DNA of 64,000 bases, from NCBI GenBank assembly GCA_013239625.1, contig MU053652.1:496001-560000 (forward strand), given 5' to 3'. Every line of letters begins with the position of its first letter. Position 1 is the stretch's first letter. This document shows, piece after piece, positions 48,615 to 61,229 of the stretch. This DNA is from Lama guanicoe (Eukaryota). The notes under the pieces are model-generated. The model saw only the letters and a list, made by a program, of their open reading frames with translations. It searched no databases and was not told the DNA's origin. Both the position numbers and the translations under genes were made by a program.

Positions 48615-49309
48615 ACAGGATTAGTAGACAGTGATCTGTATGACTTAAGTTATCTTAAGGGCTATCATCATGGTATAAATACGGGGTGGATCACAGTTTT
48701 GGGAGTCAAATATCGCAGGCGGTTGAAAAACTATACTGAGAAAAGATTGCTTAATGGATTCTTTTCAAGGGATATCTAGTAACAGATTACAGTCCTTGGA
48801 AATAAACTGTACAACAATTTTATTAATAACTTTGAATAAAGACATTTAAGATTTATTTATTAAAGAAAAACAGAAAACTGAGAATGCCTGTTACTACTAC
48901 TGATGACAAAGTCAGAATTCAACATCTTCCTGATAAGCAGGAAACCAAATCTGTGAAATTTAAGAGCAACAAATGTTTTCCACTTAGATTCCAAATTAGT
49001 GGCTTTGTCATCAGCAAAAGAAAAAAAGTAAAGACCAGGAGATTTTACTTTATCAAAAATCAGTGGGAATTAGAAATTTGATCAGATTCTTAGAAAAATA
49101 ACAGCAACAACCAAAACTTGTGGGCTGGATTAACAGTAGAAAAATGTCCTATCAAATGCAGGTCATCGTGCTATCAATGTAGAGCAAATTAACTAGAATC
49201 AGCCTTTAGAAATTCACGTTACTCTCCCCTTCTCTTCCTATAAGTCTCCCCTACCCCCGCCCAAAGATGTTGTCCTCTCTACTGACAATACTACCCGCAG
49301 ATGTTCACC

Positions 49310-49635
49310 CCTTGGGGTTCCTCTGAATCAATCATTCAAGAAGAGCTCAAACATCGCCGCCATAGAGGCCTTCCCACCACTGACCTAAAACAAGCCACTT
49401 CCATCCTAAATACTTTCTATCACAATAGACATTCCTATCTTACTGCCTTTATAACATTCCTGACTATCTGAGATCATCTTCCTTATTTACTTATTTCCTG
49501 GTTTATTTGGTTTTTCCACTAGACTCTCACATCCATGAAAGTATGGCCTTTCTGTCTTATTGCCTGCTGTAGTCCCAGTGTTTGGAACAGTGCCCAAAAT
49601 AGAACAGTGGCTCCAAAAGTCTTCGTTGACTAACA
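49310..49635 (+). mobile_element. L2 3' fragment
   Basis: ctcaaacatcgccgccatagaggccttccc...cccactagactc...ctgctgtagtcccagtgtttggaacagtgccc. Confidence 0.65.
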
Positions 49636-49699
49636 AGTCAAACATTTGTGCTTGGCAGGCCATGGCAGACTGTTTTTAATTCAAGGTATTTCGTTTCAA

Positions 49700-50190
49700 G
49701 AGAGACCTGGATGTTATCCAGAGGAGAGTAATCAGGATGGAGAATTCTAGAAAATTCCTCATAGGAGAAAGAGTTGAATAAACTAGAGCTGTTCAATTTA
49801 AAGAAGAGAAGGCTAATGGGAAACAGGAGAGTGATCTTGTAGAAAGGAAGCAAATTTGCTTTGCCAGTCCTTCAGATGGCAAAACTAGAAGTAATGGATA
49901 ATTTACAAAGAAGCATGTTTTTAATTCAATTATAAGAACTTTGTTTTAAAAACAGAAAATCAAAAAAAAAAAAAAAAAAAAGGGCAAGGGGGGGAGAGGG
50001 AAAGGGGGCCCGAACTGGAGTAGACTTCCTTTTGGAGTGGTGAGCTTCCTGCTAAGATTGGCATCCAGCAGACGCTGAACGGCCACCTGGCAGAGGTGAT
50101 GTAAAATGGATTCTGACATGGAGGTGGGACTCGGGAGAGGTAGCCAGATAACCTTTAAGCAGTCTCAATTCGAAACAGTATATAATTCTG
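49700..50190 (+). mobile_element. L3/CR1 3' fragment
   Basis: tccagaggagagtaatcaggatgg...gttgaataaactagagctgttcaatttaaagaagagaaggcta...gtggtgagcttcctg...ccagcagacgctgaacggccacctggcagagg...gataacctttaag. Confidence 0.65.
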
Positions 50191-51101
50191 TAAGTCTGTT
50201 CATATGTGAGTGTAACATTTCCCTAATTCCTTAGAACATCAGGTCCTTGTAGATACTCTTGTGATAAAAATTTACTTGGAAACAGCACATACTGCATCCC
50301 CCTCTATAATGTGCTACTGTAAAAATACCGTTTAATGTTAAACTGATTTTTTCCTGAAGCCCATTTTTACCTTGGAACCACTTCTCACACAAAATCTACT
50401 AATATCCCACAGAACTGGATCCTGTGGAACATAGTTTGAGAAATGTTAGCCTGCACTACAGGAAGTGTATTATTTTCTCCTTAGCATACCTTAAAGTGCA
50501 AAGACACTAGAGTTTCTATTTCTGGTCAATGCCAAAGCTTTAGGTTGAAAACATGGAAGTTATGCAGCATCCAGAGAAAATTTTATAATCTTCTGCAATT
50601 TTATAAAGACAAATAGTGTACGTATCACAGGAATCGGCAGTGTTCTGTTGGTTTAGAAGAACACAAGCAGATCAAAGAAACTGACATTCTATTGAAAAAT
50701 AGTTCCTGAACATATTTATATTGAGTTATTTCTTTGAACACTATGCCCATGAATAACTCATTGCAAGATATTGAAAACATTAATATTTCATATGCTAAAG
50801 TGCCTTGAGATGAACATTCATCGTAAGTATATTGTCAGAGCTGGGCAAACCCAAGAAAATAAAATGTGATTTTTAGAAAAGGAAACTTTTATCTTTTGTT
50901 TCACGGTATATTAATTTGGTGAGAATGCAAACAATTGAAATGATTCATTCAGTCAACAACTACCTAAGTACCTACTATGTGCCAGGCATTAGAGATGTAC
51001 TGGTGAGCCAATCAAGACACTGTACATGCTTTCAGGAAGCTCATTATTTACAGGAGGAGGAAGACAGTTAAAGAAACCATCATAATACATTATGATAAGA
51101 A

Positions 51102-51467
51102 TCGTGATGCTGGAGCTGACTCCTATAGACTCGTAAGAGTGAACTGTGAAATTCTTATGACTTTGGCAAGCCAGTTATTCAACACAGGCATTATTAAACA
51201 TACATATCATTACTATTACCCATCCTCCTGAGGTTATTTATGTCTATTGCATCCGTATGGTGAGAATTCCATATAATGGCATACATCTCTTCTCAGCACC
51301 GCATTTAGCACCACGCTGGTAGACTGCAATTGGCCAGGGCAGGGATAGCTACAGCACAGAATTAGCAAAACTTCAAATCAGGGCTTGATTTATTGATCTC
51401 CCTCCCACCCCTCACTGTTGTCTTCCCAGACAGCTGATTGTTAAACAGTTCCTGGAAAACCACTGGA
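51102..51467 (+). mobile_element. MER63-family hAT-Blackjack element
   Basis: tgctggagctgactcctatagactcgtaagagtgaactgtgaaatt...catctcttctcagc...cagctgattgttaaacagttcctggaaaaccactgg. Reverse-complement similarity to 30475-30881. Confidence 0.7.
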
Positions 51468-52571
51468 TAAAAACTACTTTCAAGTCCCCAAGGTTCTGGT
51501 TAAAATAGATGAGACCTCCCTTAAAAGGTAAAAACTATCAAACGAGGTTTTTGTATCCTGGTATTCTTAGCCTCTGAAAGGCTCCCCCATATCAAAAAAA
51601 TTTTTACATCTCCCTTAACATATTTCCACTCAACAAACACATATTACACACTCCATGCAAGATATTAAGGAGTCAAAAAATTGCCATGCATGCTTTTGAG
51701 GGTGGTCACCAGACCAGTTATAAACTTTATGCTATACAGAATATACCACTCTATCTAAGATAAAACTATCTTCCACTGTTGTCTCTTATGAAGCATATTT
51801 AAGGCTAACTCCATTAGTGTTAAAAATTTGGAGAATGGGAAAGTTTCAACATGATGTTCCTTGAGTAGAGCAAATCCTTTCTGGCCAGTTTAAAATTTTC
51901 ACATGGCAACACTTAGATGGGAGGGGCACTGTTCACAATACTGATCACCCCACTGACTGTCAGGATTGATGTTAAAAGATAGCAGAGACCGCGTGGGCAT
52001 CACCTCCTGTCTCCTATACGAGCTTCCTGAAGCTGTGTCCTCAGGCAGAAAGGGCCATTTCTTATTTTTTCCCTTTGCTACATGATTTGTTGCTGGGGTT
52101 TCAAACTAGAATCATATGCGTATGAACACCTCCAGGTGCAGTCCGCCTCCCAGCGTGGGGCTGATGGCTTGTAGAGGTTCTGCCCCCAAACCCGTAAATT
52201 CCAAGATAATCTGATAAAGTTCAGGGAAATTGTAAGCGAATTCTAATCCTCTGCTCCCTCCAGGAAAACTGCCCTTGCTACTGTGAATAACATTCATCAG
52301 GAGAACAGGCTATGTTTACACAGTACTTCATAGTGAATACATCTCATTCATGCATGTTATCCCATGTAACTCTCTAAGGAAGGCACAAGGGCTATCTCTA
52401 CAAATTTTACCAATAAATATACAAGTGACAAGACTCACTTAAGACCACACTGTGATGACAGAGATTTTAAACCTCATGTGAAAATCCAGCTCAAGATCCA
52501 GCCATCTTGCCACCATATCAGGAGTCATTGGTTTAAACTCTGGTCAGTGGGTGAAATTTGGTTAAACCGAA

Positions 52572-52730
52572 GTTGATTGGAACACAGCCACATGTGTTCA
52601 TTTATGTGCTGCCCATGGCTACTTTCCTCCCACAGAGGCAGAGCTGATTAGCTGCAAAAGAGACTAGATGGCCTGCAAAGCCTAAAACACTTACCACTTG
52701 GCCCTCAACAGAAAGCCTGCTGACCGCTGC
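52572..52730 (+). mobile_element. MER58A hAT-Charlie 3' fragment
   Basis: ttggaacacagccacatgtgttcatttatg...ggcagagctgattagctgc...tggcctgcaaagcctaaaacacttaccacttggccc. Confidence 0.8.
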
Positions 52731-53246
52731 ACTACACAACACTGCTCAACTGAGTGGTCCTAGGTTTCCATCAGGACAGCATGGACGCCTTCAGTGCAAC
52801 ACGTAGCGGACTGATCCGGGGTACTGGAAAGGGACTCTCTAGGCCTGGGGACCCACTGGGGCACAGATGTCACCTACACACCAACCACAACTCAGCTAAG
52901 GGTGGTAAAAAGACTGGGCTTACCTAGGGTACTTGCCTAACTTCAGGTGGGCCTATGAATTCTCTTATCAGCATTTTGAGGTTTCCATGAAACTGAAGAA
53001 AAAGAACTGAATAGAAGGACAGAACTAAAGACTTAAAAGATTAAATGAAAGTCTAACGCAATGCAGCAAGCAGGTGACAGGGCCAGAGGTGGATTTTACA
53101 AAATTCCAGTCTCAGCTTGCTTTTTGCATTGCCTTTTCTCAAATCTCCCACATTATCCCTTATTTCTTTGCCTGACTGAAGACCAACTTCATAGATATTA
53201 AATAAGCATGATGTTTTACTATTTTTTGTTACAAATTGAATTTTTC

Positions 53247-53248
<2 letters not shown>

Positions 53249-53287
<39 letters not shown>
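53249..53287. repeat. (TG)n microsatellite, about 19 units
   Basis: Uninterrupted tgtgtg run. Confidence 0.97.
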
Positions 53288-53290
<3 letters not shown>

Positions 53291-54984
53291 GGGGGACTGA
53301 GGGGCAATTATCATAGAATTCATTGCAAAGTCTGCTGGTTTATTATGGTGCACAAATGCCTGCCTTTTACGTTCTTTTAAATCCTATGTGACTGACAAGT
53401 TTAGCCAGTCAACCGGAGACACTTCATTTCCCCCTGAAAAAAAAAAAAGTGCATCATCAGCACTTTGATACCACTGCAGCCGAGACCAGATTATTGAGAC
53501 TTGCGCTCATGACATGATTATAAAATGAACCTTTAATCTGTTAGAGTAAGCCGTGCTTCCTTTACCTCACTGCAGGGCAACACAAAGTACGGGGGTTGTG
53601 TTTCAATCAAGCTCCAAACTAGCGTAAAGAAAGATGCAGTTGGCTGGGTGGGAGGGAGACGACGTGGCTAGGACATATGTTAAGTGTGTGTGTCGGGGAC
53701 AGGCCCACCGAGCCCAAGGGTTTCCGACTTTCTGAGAGAATAGATACCAGACAGTGTGGGATGAGTCTAAGACACAGATATCATCAGTTGGTACAGTGGG
53801 CAGAGGTTACAGTCCTAACCTAGCTTCCTGTCTCTGTAGCTGCCCATACCGGGCCCTCAATACATTCTGACTGAATGCAATGTTCCCAGTGGGCCGTGTG
53901 TCTTGGAGGACCCAGGAAACAGGACACACGGATGGCGCAACCGCCACTCTTGCGCTAGAAAGACAGCAGAAAGCATATGCCCACTGTCAGGGCTGGCCTC
54001 CACGTCACCCTTCTAAATAGGTAACAGTTTATTCTCTCTATTTCACATCAAGAGAAAATGCACAAGCAATAAAAACCAATGTTGCCATGATGCACAGGCT
54101 ACTTATATACACAACTTTCAATTTCAAACAGAAGTTTGGATTTTTAGGCTTGAGTTAATGAAAGGCCCTTTTAAATACAAATTAAAAAAAAAAAGAACCC
54201 CATACCAGATAGAACAAAAGCTATTATAATCAAAGTAGGTAATGAGTAAGTAGGTGACAGGGCTGGACAGCCTAGTGTGGTTTTAAAGTAAACACAGATA
54301 TTTTCAGGGGTTAGTTTAGAGGACCGACAATGACCTTTTTAAGTCAGACAGGAGCTTCTGAAGGGGATTTTAAGTTCAGTTGTGAAAACTGAGTGGCATC
54401 TGAGGAAAAGGAGAAAGCAATGCTGTTACACCTACAGAAGCAGGCAGAGAGGTACGGCCAAGGACGTGGAGAAGGCAAGTGAGCAGCAGGGTCCACATCT
54501 GTCAAACTGGTAAGAAAGAAATGCGTGGCACAGGGAAAAATCGGTCAAATGAAATTGGTTGGCTAAAAAATGTAAAAGAGAGTATACACAGATACATAGT
54601 TTGAGGTGACTGTTGGAATTAACGAAGGTGTGAAGATGGGCAATTGAGCATGTTCCTGGTAGGACTGCGGTGGATGTGGTGGTGACTTATACCCACCTGA
54701 AAAAGTAGGTATGGATGATAACCTTTGCATAGAATAAGAATAGGCCTAAAAGGAGAGAAAGTTACAGCAGAAAAGGCCTCACCGACTATGGGTACTTTAT
54801 TTCCTGTCTCAGCAAATGCCATCTTTTTAGTCAACAAATGAAAAAATCTGGGATCACAGAAGTCCTTGGCGTTCCATCCTCAAGAATCAGTAGCCGTGTG
54901 ATTCTACTGCCAAATCCCCTTCATGCCTATTCTTTCATTTCTCTCTGCCTTATTTCAGGTATTTATCTTTCTTTTTCCAAAAAA

Positions 54985-55440
54985 ACCCTCTTATTGTAAA
55001 ATATATATTTCATAGTAACATGTATATGAAAATTTTTATAATACATATACATTATTGACAAATAATCCTGACACAAACACCCAAAGGAACCACAAACATG
55101 ATAAAGAAACAAAACTTTCCAGTGTCTCATCTACCCCTGACTCTAATCAAAATCTCTTCCCTTCCCATCTGAGGTGAACTTTATAATAATCCTTCCTATT
55201 TGCTATGATTTTTTTTGCTATGATTATGATTTTACCCCTTAGATATGGACCCCTAAACTATCTAGCACAATTTTGCCTGCTCTGAATTGAATCATAATTT
55301 ACATTTTCTTTTGGGTCTTACAATTTTTGAATATTATTTCAGATTCATCCAGGCTACATGTAGCATGCAGTTCACTCATTTTCACTGCTGTATAGAATTC
55401 CATTCTAGGTATGCATGACAATGTATCCATTTCCCTTAAT
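54985..55440 (-). mobile_element. Old L1 (L1ME-like) 3' fragment
   Basis: agattcatccaggctacatg...ttcattttcactgctgtatagaattccatt, an antisense L1M motif. Confidence 0.6.
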
Positions 55441-55755
55441 GTGCTTTACCACCTCATGTCTCTTTATCTTTGCTAATGCTTTTCCCTCTACTTGGAACAT
55501 CCTCCCACTTTTCTATATTCAGCTTAAGTATTATATTCCTTTATGAAATCTTTCTTGAATGAGCACTCTTTCTCTGGAACTCCCAATGTGCCACAAATAT
55601 ATGTAGATTATGGCAGACAGAACACCAATCTGTAGTATGTCTGCCTCTCTCTACTAAACAACAAGCCTGAGGGCAGGCGTAGCTCTGTGTCTTATGCCAT
55701 GTTGAATACTAAGTATACACACAAAGTATATTGGCTAAATGTGTGAATGAATAGT
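55440..55755 (+). mobile_element. L2 3' fragment
   Basis: tttgctaatgcttttccctctacttggaacatcctccc...tgtctgcctctctctactaaac...tgtgtgaatgaat. Confidence 0.6.
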
Positions 55756-56666
55756 TGGGTAACTTTCAAGTATAACACTTCAAACTTCAAAGAAATAAAG
55801 TCCATGTGATCTACATCAACAAACAGATTTTAAAGGTGAGCCTAACACACTAGCCTGAGGTTCCTAAGTCCTGATTCTAATCTTCCCAGAAAGCCATCGT
55901 CACTATGGAACGGGGGTACTGCCACAAGCCCTCCATGGCTGATATCCTAAAACTCAGCAGTACTATGAAATCAACACCAGCTTTGGTCTTCATTCCTTGT
56001 TGACTTCCAACTCTTGTGCCCAGTTCTCCACTACCAGCAGACCAAAAGGCAAATGCTGAACGATCTTGCCAAGGAAAATACAGTGAAAATGAATTTATTA
56101 GGAGCATACTTTTTTCACCCGAGCACAATCTTCAAAGCAATATGCTGCACTGTCATTATCTCATTACAGTAATTTCAACACTTGCTCCTGTTAACTTATT
56201 AAAAAAACATTTTAAATCGTTTTCTTCATTGCAGGCGCAACAAACTATCTCATTACTGAAATATGGATCAGTGCCAAATGATAAGGCAAAGGATGTGATA
56301 AAAGAAATGCACATATGCAGGAAAGAGTCAGAGTTGGGAAAGAGGCAGCCATGTAACAGTATCTAACTGTAAACCACTGCTTGCCAAACCAGAAGTGGTT
56401 TTTCCAATGTTGTCATCACTATTTTGCCACAACAGTGCTGAAACATTATGCCTCTTCCCTTATCCTAATTCCTCTACAGGGAAAAGATACCATTATTTAG
56501 TTTAACTTTTTTTTTTGCACATAATAACTCGGCAGAGCATAAACTAACCTCTACCCATTTCATACATATTCCCAACACTGTAAAACAATCCTACTTAAAC
56601 ATATGGGTGAAAACTTTCAAGTTAAAAAAAAAATACATATATCATTTCAAAGACATTGTCTAAAGT

Positions 56667-56868
56667 AAGAGCTGGCAAACCATGGTCCTCAAGCCAAATC
56701 CAGTTGCTGTATCTTTTGGTAAGTAAAGTTTGACTGGAACACAGCCATGCTCATTCGTTTACATATCATCTATGGTTGCTTTTACATTACAGTGGTACAA
56801 CTGTTCAAGCAGAGACCACATGGTTCCCATATCTGGCCCTTTACAGAAAAAGCTTGTTGGTCCCTGGT
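56667..56868 (+). mobile_element. MER58A hAT-Charlie element
   Basis: ctggcaaaccatggtcc...gccaaatccag...ggaacacagccatgctcattcgtttacatat...atctggccctttacagaaaaagcttgttggtccctg. Confidence 0.85.
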
Positions 56869-56871
56869 CTA

Positions 56872-57040
56872 CAGCCCTGCTATTCAAAGCATGGTTCATG
56901 TACCAGCAGCATTAGCATCACCCGAGTGCTTGTTCAAAGTGCAGAACCTCAGGACTCAACCACAATGACTGAACCAGGCTGTTTATTTTTAAAAAGGTCC
57001 CCTGGTAATTAACATGAATATTATAATTTTAGAAGCACTG
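56872..57040 (+). mobile_element. MER5A-like element directly adjacent to MER58A
   Basis: tgctattcaaagcatggttcatgtaccagcagcattagcatcacccgagtgcttgttcaaagtgcagaacctcagg...ttttagaagcactgg. Confidence 0.75.
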
Positions 57041-60000
57041 GTTTAAAGAATACAGTCCTAAAGATAAATAAAATTACAAAAAAGAGGCAGGCTTACCATT
57101 AGACTCACAATATTTTATGACTAGACAACAGAGAAGAGAGCAGCTTGCAAAGATTTTCTTATAAAGATGAAGAGGAAGAAGAAGGAGGTAGATTGAAAAT
57201 TATGGGAAGCATCAATATTGCATGTGAAGGGGAGAGATTGCTAGCATCAGCTTATACCCCTAGAGAAGATGGGACGCGACTAAACCACTTTCACTCAGAT
57301 GGCTAGGTTTTTTCCATATGAGAATCATTACTGCTGAGAGCAGGTCTAGGCTCCCTGATACTCTCCCTAGTGCAAAAACAAGTAAATGAGGAACAAATTT
57401 GCCAATTTCAACCAAGTCCATTTGGTTGTCATATTCATTTCCTTTTTAAATACTCCATTTTCCCTGTGTAACAGGAAAACTGTTTTTCCAGTAAGGCAAA
57501 TGGATTATGATTTGCTCCCTGAAAATGAACATGTTATAAATTCCACTCTAAATCTCCATTTTATCCTGTGTTATTTGTGTTCCATTTCTAACAGGCTATA
57601 TGCCGTCATTTTGGACTTACTTTAAGGATCTGACAAGAGATGAAGACCATTTTCTCTTCGAAGTTACAAAGCCTGGTCCATCATTGTGTTTATATAAGTT
57701 TCCTAAGTTCCTGAGTTGGCGAGTTTCACCATTTCCAAACTACACACCTCCAAAGAGAAAAGAACGATACATACAGAAGAACAAGAACCACTGTGTGACC
57801 TTCCCTTCCAGTCAAACGGACGGTGAAATTCAGACTTGTGAAAAGCACGTGTTAGAATCAGAATGCTCACTGGAAAAACAGCTTCGTGAGCTAGAAAAAG
57901 ATGTCGGGCAGTCAGTTGAGAGAAAAAGGTACTGCTCCTTTGATAACAACTTTCAGTTGCTTAGAGACTGTTACCTTCTGCCCCTAAACACTCCCCACTT
58001 TAGGCCGACTGGACTCAGCACACAGAAAATACATTCCAGCAAAAGGAATCCTTTAAGAGTTTTCAGACTGGACCATCTTTAACTTCAGAGGTGACAAACT
58101 GACTTCTGTCACAGAATTTTATCCCTTTTACTACCTCCCAGTCTTCCAATGAAACCTTACAAAGAAGGAATGTGGCTGCTAGTTTATGGTCTTTTTCCAG
58201 AGAATCATGGGATGTCATAGCTAGAAGGAAATTCTGAAGAGGCACAATACCCTTTATTTAGATGAGAAATCATGGCCCAGAGAGGTTAAGTGCGCTGCGC
58301 AACGTCCTATCACAAGTTGGTGGCAGATCACTACGATGTACAGTCCTATTGCACTTTTCTCTCAAGTCTTTGAACTTCTTTTTTTCCCACCCCCACCCCA
58401 AGTCTTCGTACTTCTTAACACTTAGTCTAGTGCCTGGTATGCAGGAGTCATTCAGAAATTGTTTGTTCAGCTGAATAAAGATCCCTGAATTTCAGGCCAA
58501 AGTTTTTTCCATTGCACGATGCTTGTTCATGTTTAACAATGGATTAATCTCTCTTTTATCTTCCAAAAGAATCAGAAGTCACATTTCAAATTATGCTTTT
58601 ACACAGGTATAATTAAATCTTTAAAAGGTGGGATGGCAAAGAAATTAGAGGCTAGAGCGTAACAGACATTTTACAACTTGCAGATGCCAACAGGAGGCGG
58701 CCCACCCTACTCCACCCCCCCTTCCCCCACAGTATAACGGCAATTATATTCCAGGGTGAATAATATAATTATCTAAATGAAACCAGTGAGGAAAAAAAAG
58801 GCATGCAACATAAAAGGATTAGCTGCTCAAGGACTAGGAGTTGGAGGAGGCAGAATGATGGATCCAGGCTGACATTTTCATAAAGTAGCCATCAATTATT
58901 TAAATCATTGTGACTTTTCAGACAGTATTCTGGACAGCAAGAGAAAAAACACTCTAAAGTTCTGAAAACCATAAATTAGGAGAGAGATGCTTGTTACTTG
59001 GTTTTGGAGTGAAACGTGCTCTGCCTTTAGAGAAGGGAGCAAGAGGAAGAGCAAAGTCATCTTAAATAGGAGGTGGTTCAAGAAGATGCTTTTCTGGAAG
59101 TCCAGGTGAACAAAGTATCCTTACTGTAAGTACAAGTGTGAGTGCTGTTAAAGTCCAAAGTAAAACAGTTACTCCATACATGAAAGAGCAGCAGGCTTTA
59201 AATAATACTGCAGGTAGAAAAGGAGAAGTGGGTCAGCAGGACAGAGACCTGGATTCTACTACTGGAGCTGCCACTTATTTGATGTCACCTAAGACAAGAC
59301 ACTTACGTGGCCGAGCCTGACTTCACTCATAGAGCTGGATTACAATTCTAGCTCTAAAATTCTACTGGAATCTAGTCTTTACATGATAATACTAACACTA
59401 GCTGGGGGAAAAGTCATACTGAAGGTTAACGATACACAACCAGTCCTTTACCAAATAGAGATAAGACTTACAAAGGGTATTTGTTCCATGTATATAAGCT
59501 TGGTTACAACACTCCTTGTCTATGTTATATTTCTGTCACATAAGTAAACCAGCCTGTGTCTATATGTACAGGACTTGAAAGAAGAAAGGAGGTAAAATTA
59601 AAATAAACCTCCAATTTTTGCCAGTACGGCAAGTGTTTGCATTTGCTAAGCTGGCTCTGAAGCAATTGATTGTTTCTACCCAGGTGCAAAGTCTGCAGCT
59701 GCGTTAGTAATCACAAGGTCAGTCTGGTCAGTAGTTTGATGAACCAATTAGCTTGGTTTTCCCTAGGAATAGCTAGTTGAGAAAGAGTAAAAAGAAGTTT
59801 CAATCCAGTCACTTATGATTATTCCTATAAAACTACTCCATAAGAAAGCAGACATTATAAATATATAACTAATCACATAAATATTTAATGAGTGCATTTC
59901 AGACAAATACATGTACTATAGCAAGAGATTTTAAAATACAGTTACCCAGGAACTAATTAAAAACATTCACCGACTAAACTGTAACAGTATAATTTACAAC

Positions 60001-61229
60001 TTATCTCTGATTATTTTTGTTTTTCACTTAAAGAGAAATATTTAATTTTCTCTTATTTATGTTCTGTGCATCAAAAAGTTTCTGATCACTTGCAGCTTAC
60101 AAATTTCTTGTCATGCTGGGTGTTCCAGAAGTTCTTTCTCTACTTAAAATTTTGCTCCTCTGCCTAACCTCCCTCCTATTACTTCCTCTATAAATAAAGA
60201 GGACTTGCTAATCCAGTCAAGACTCTGAGCTTGTGGTCTATTTTAATATGTAGGTCACTGAACATTCAGGAAGGTTGTGCATGTGCCTCCTCTTGGCATT
60301 CCATCTCCCAGGCAGTGAACACTTTCCTTCTTCTTCTATTCCACCCTCTTCACCACTGACTGCTGGCGAAGTCAGGCTCCAACTGGCCCAGCTGACCCAG
60401 CCATCTAACATTCAAAAGTGTGCAAGTTGGAAACAAGAGACCTCTTAAGGGCCCCGTGGCATCTGTTCCTAGAAGCTTAAAACAAAAACTCTTCTTGAAA
60501 GACACAGGCATAGCTCTTGACAAAGTGAAATTTCATTTCCCATATGGCTAGTTCCTTTGGGTTTAGCTCTTCTTATAAGAAATCACTGGGGGAGGAACCC
60601 CAAATCCTGGAATAAATGTTCCTGTTGTTAGCTCTGAATGACTTGGTAAAAGAATTTTATCTGCTCTTTTCATCTATTAATTCCAGGATTCCAGACACCT
60701 AAAAGTTCCTATACCCTCTTTTTTTTTTTCCTTATGGGAAAGAGCTGGTTTTTTTCACCCTTACATGGATTCCCTCCCCTACTATTTGAGAAGAAGAAAA
60801 ATTATTAAGTTCTGGAGGAGTCTGCCACCAGTGAATTCCTACAACTCTATTTTCAGAGTATTTTGGACCACCTGACTCATGATCTTTACTGTAGCTGTAA
60901 CAATACGTCTTCAGCAAGTTGATTTTATTTTGGGGGGGGGTTGGGGGTCGAGGGGTAGAGTTGGAGGGAGGGTGTTTTCCTGGAAAAGAATGCTAAGTAC
61001 TTTTTAAATGGAACTTAAGAGTAAGTTTTAAAATAGAACCTAAGAGTAAATTTAAGTATTTTTACTTTCACCTTTTTCTTAGATATAACAGTTGACTTTT
61101 CTTATTCATACATTCATTAAAGCACTTAGCACATGATACACTTGTTTATTTGTAAGTCTGTCCTCACCACCACTATAACCCTATTCATCCGCACAACTTC
61201 TAAGCACAGTTAAAAACAACATCCAACTG

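Noticed and set aside
30475..51467. Inverted MER63 pair as a composite transposon or dsRNA
   Set aside because: The copies are old, diverged, individually bounded and 20 kb apart, so they are independent insertions.
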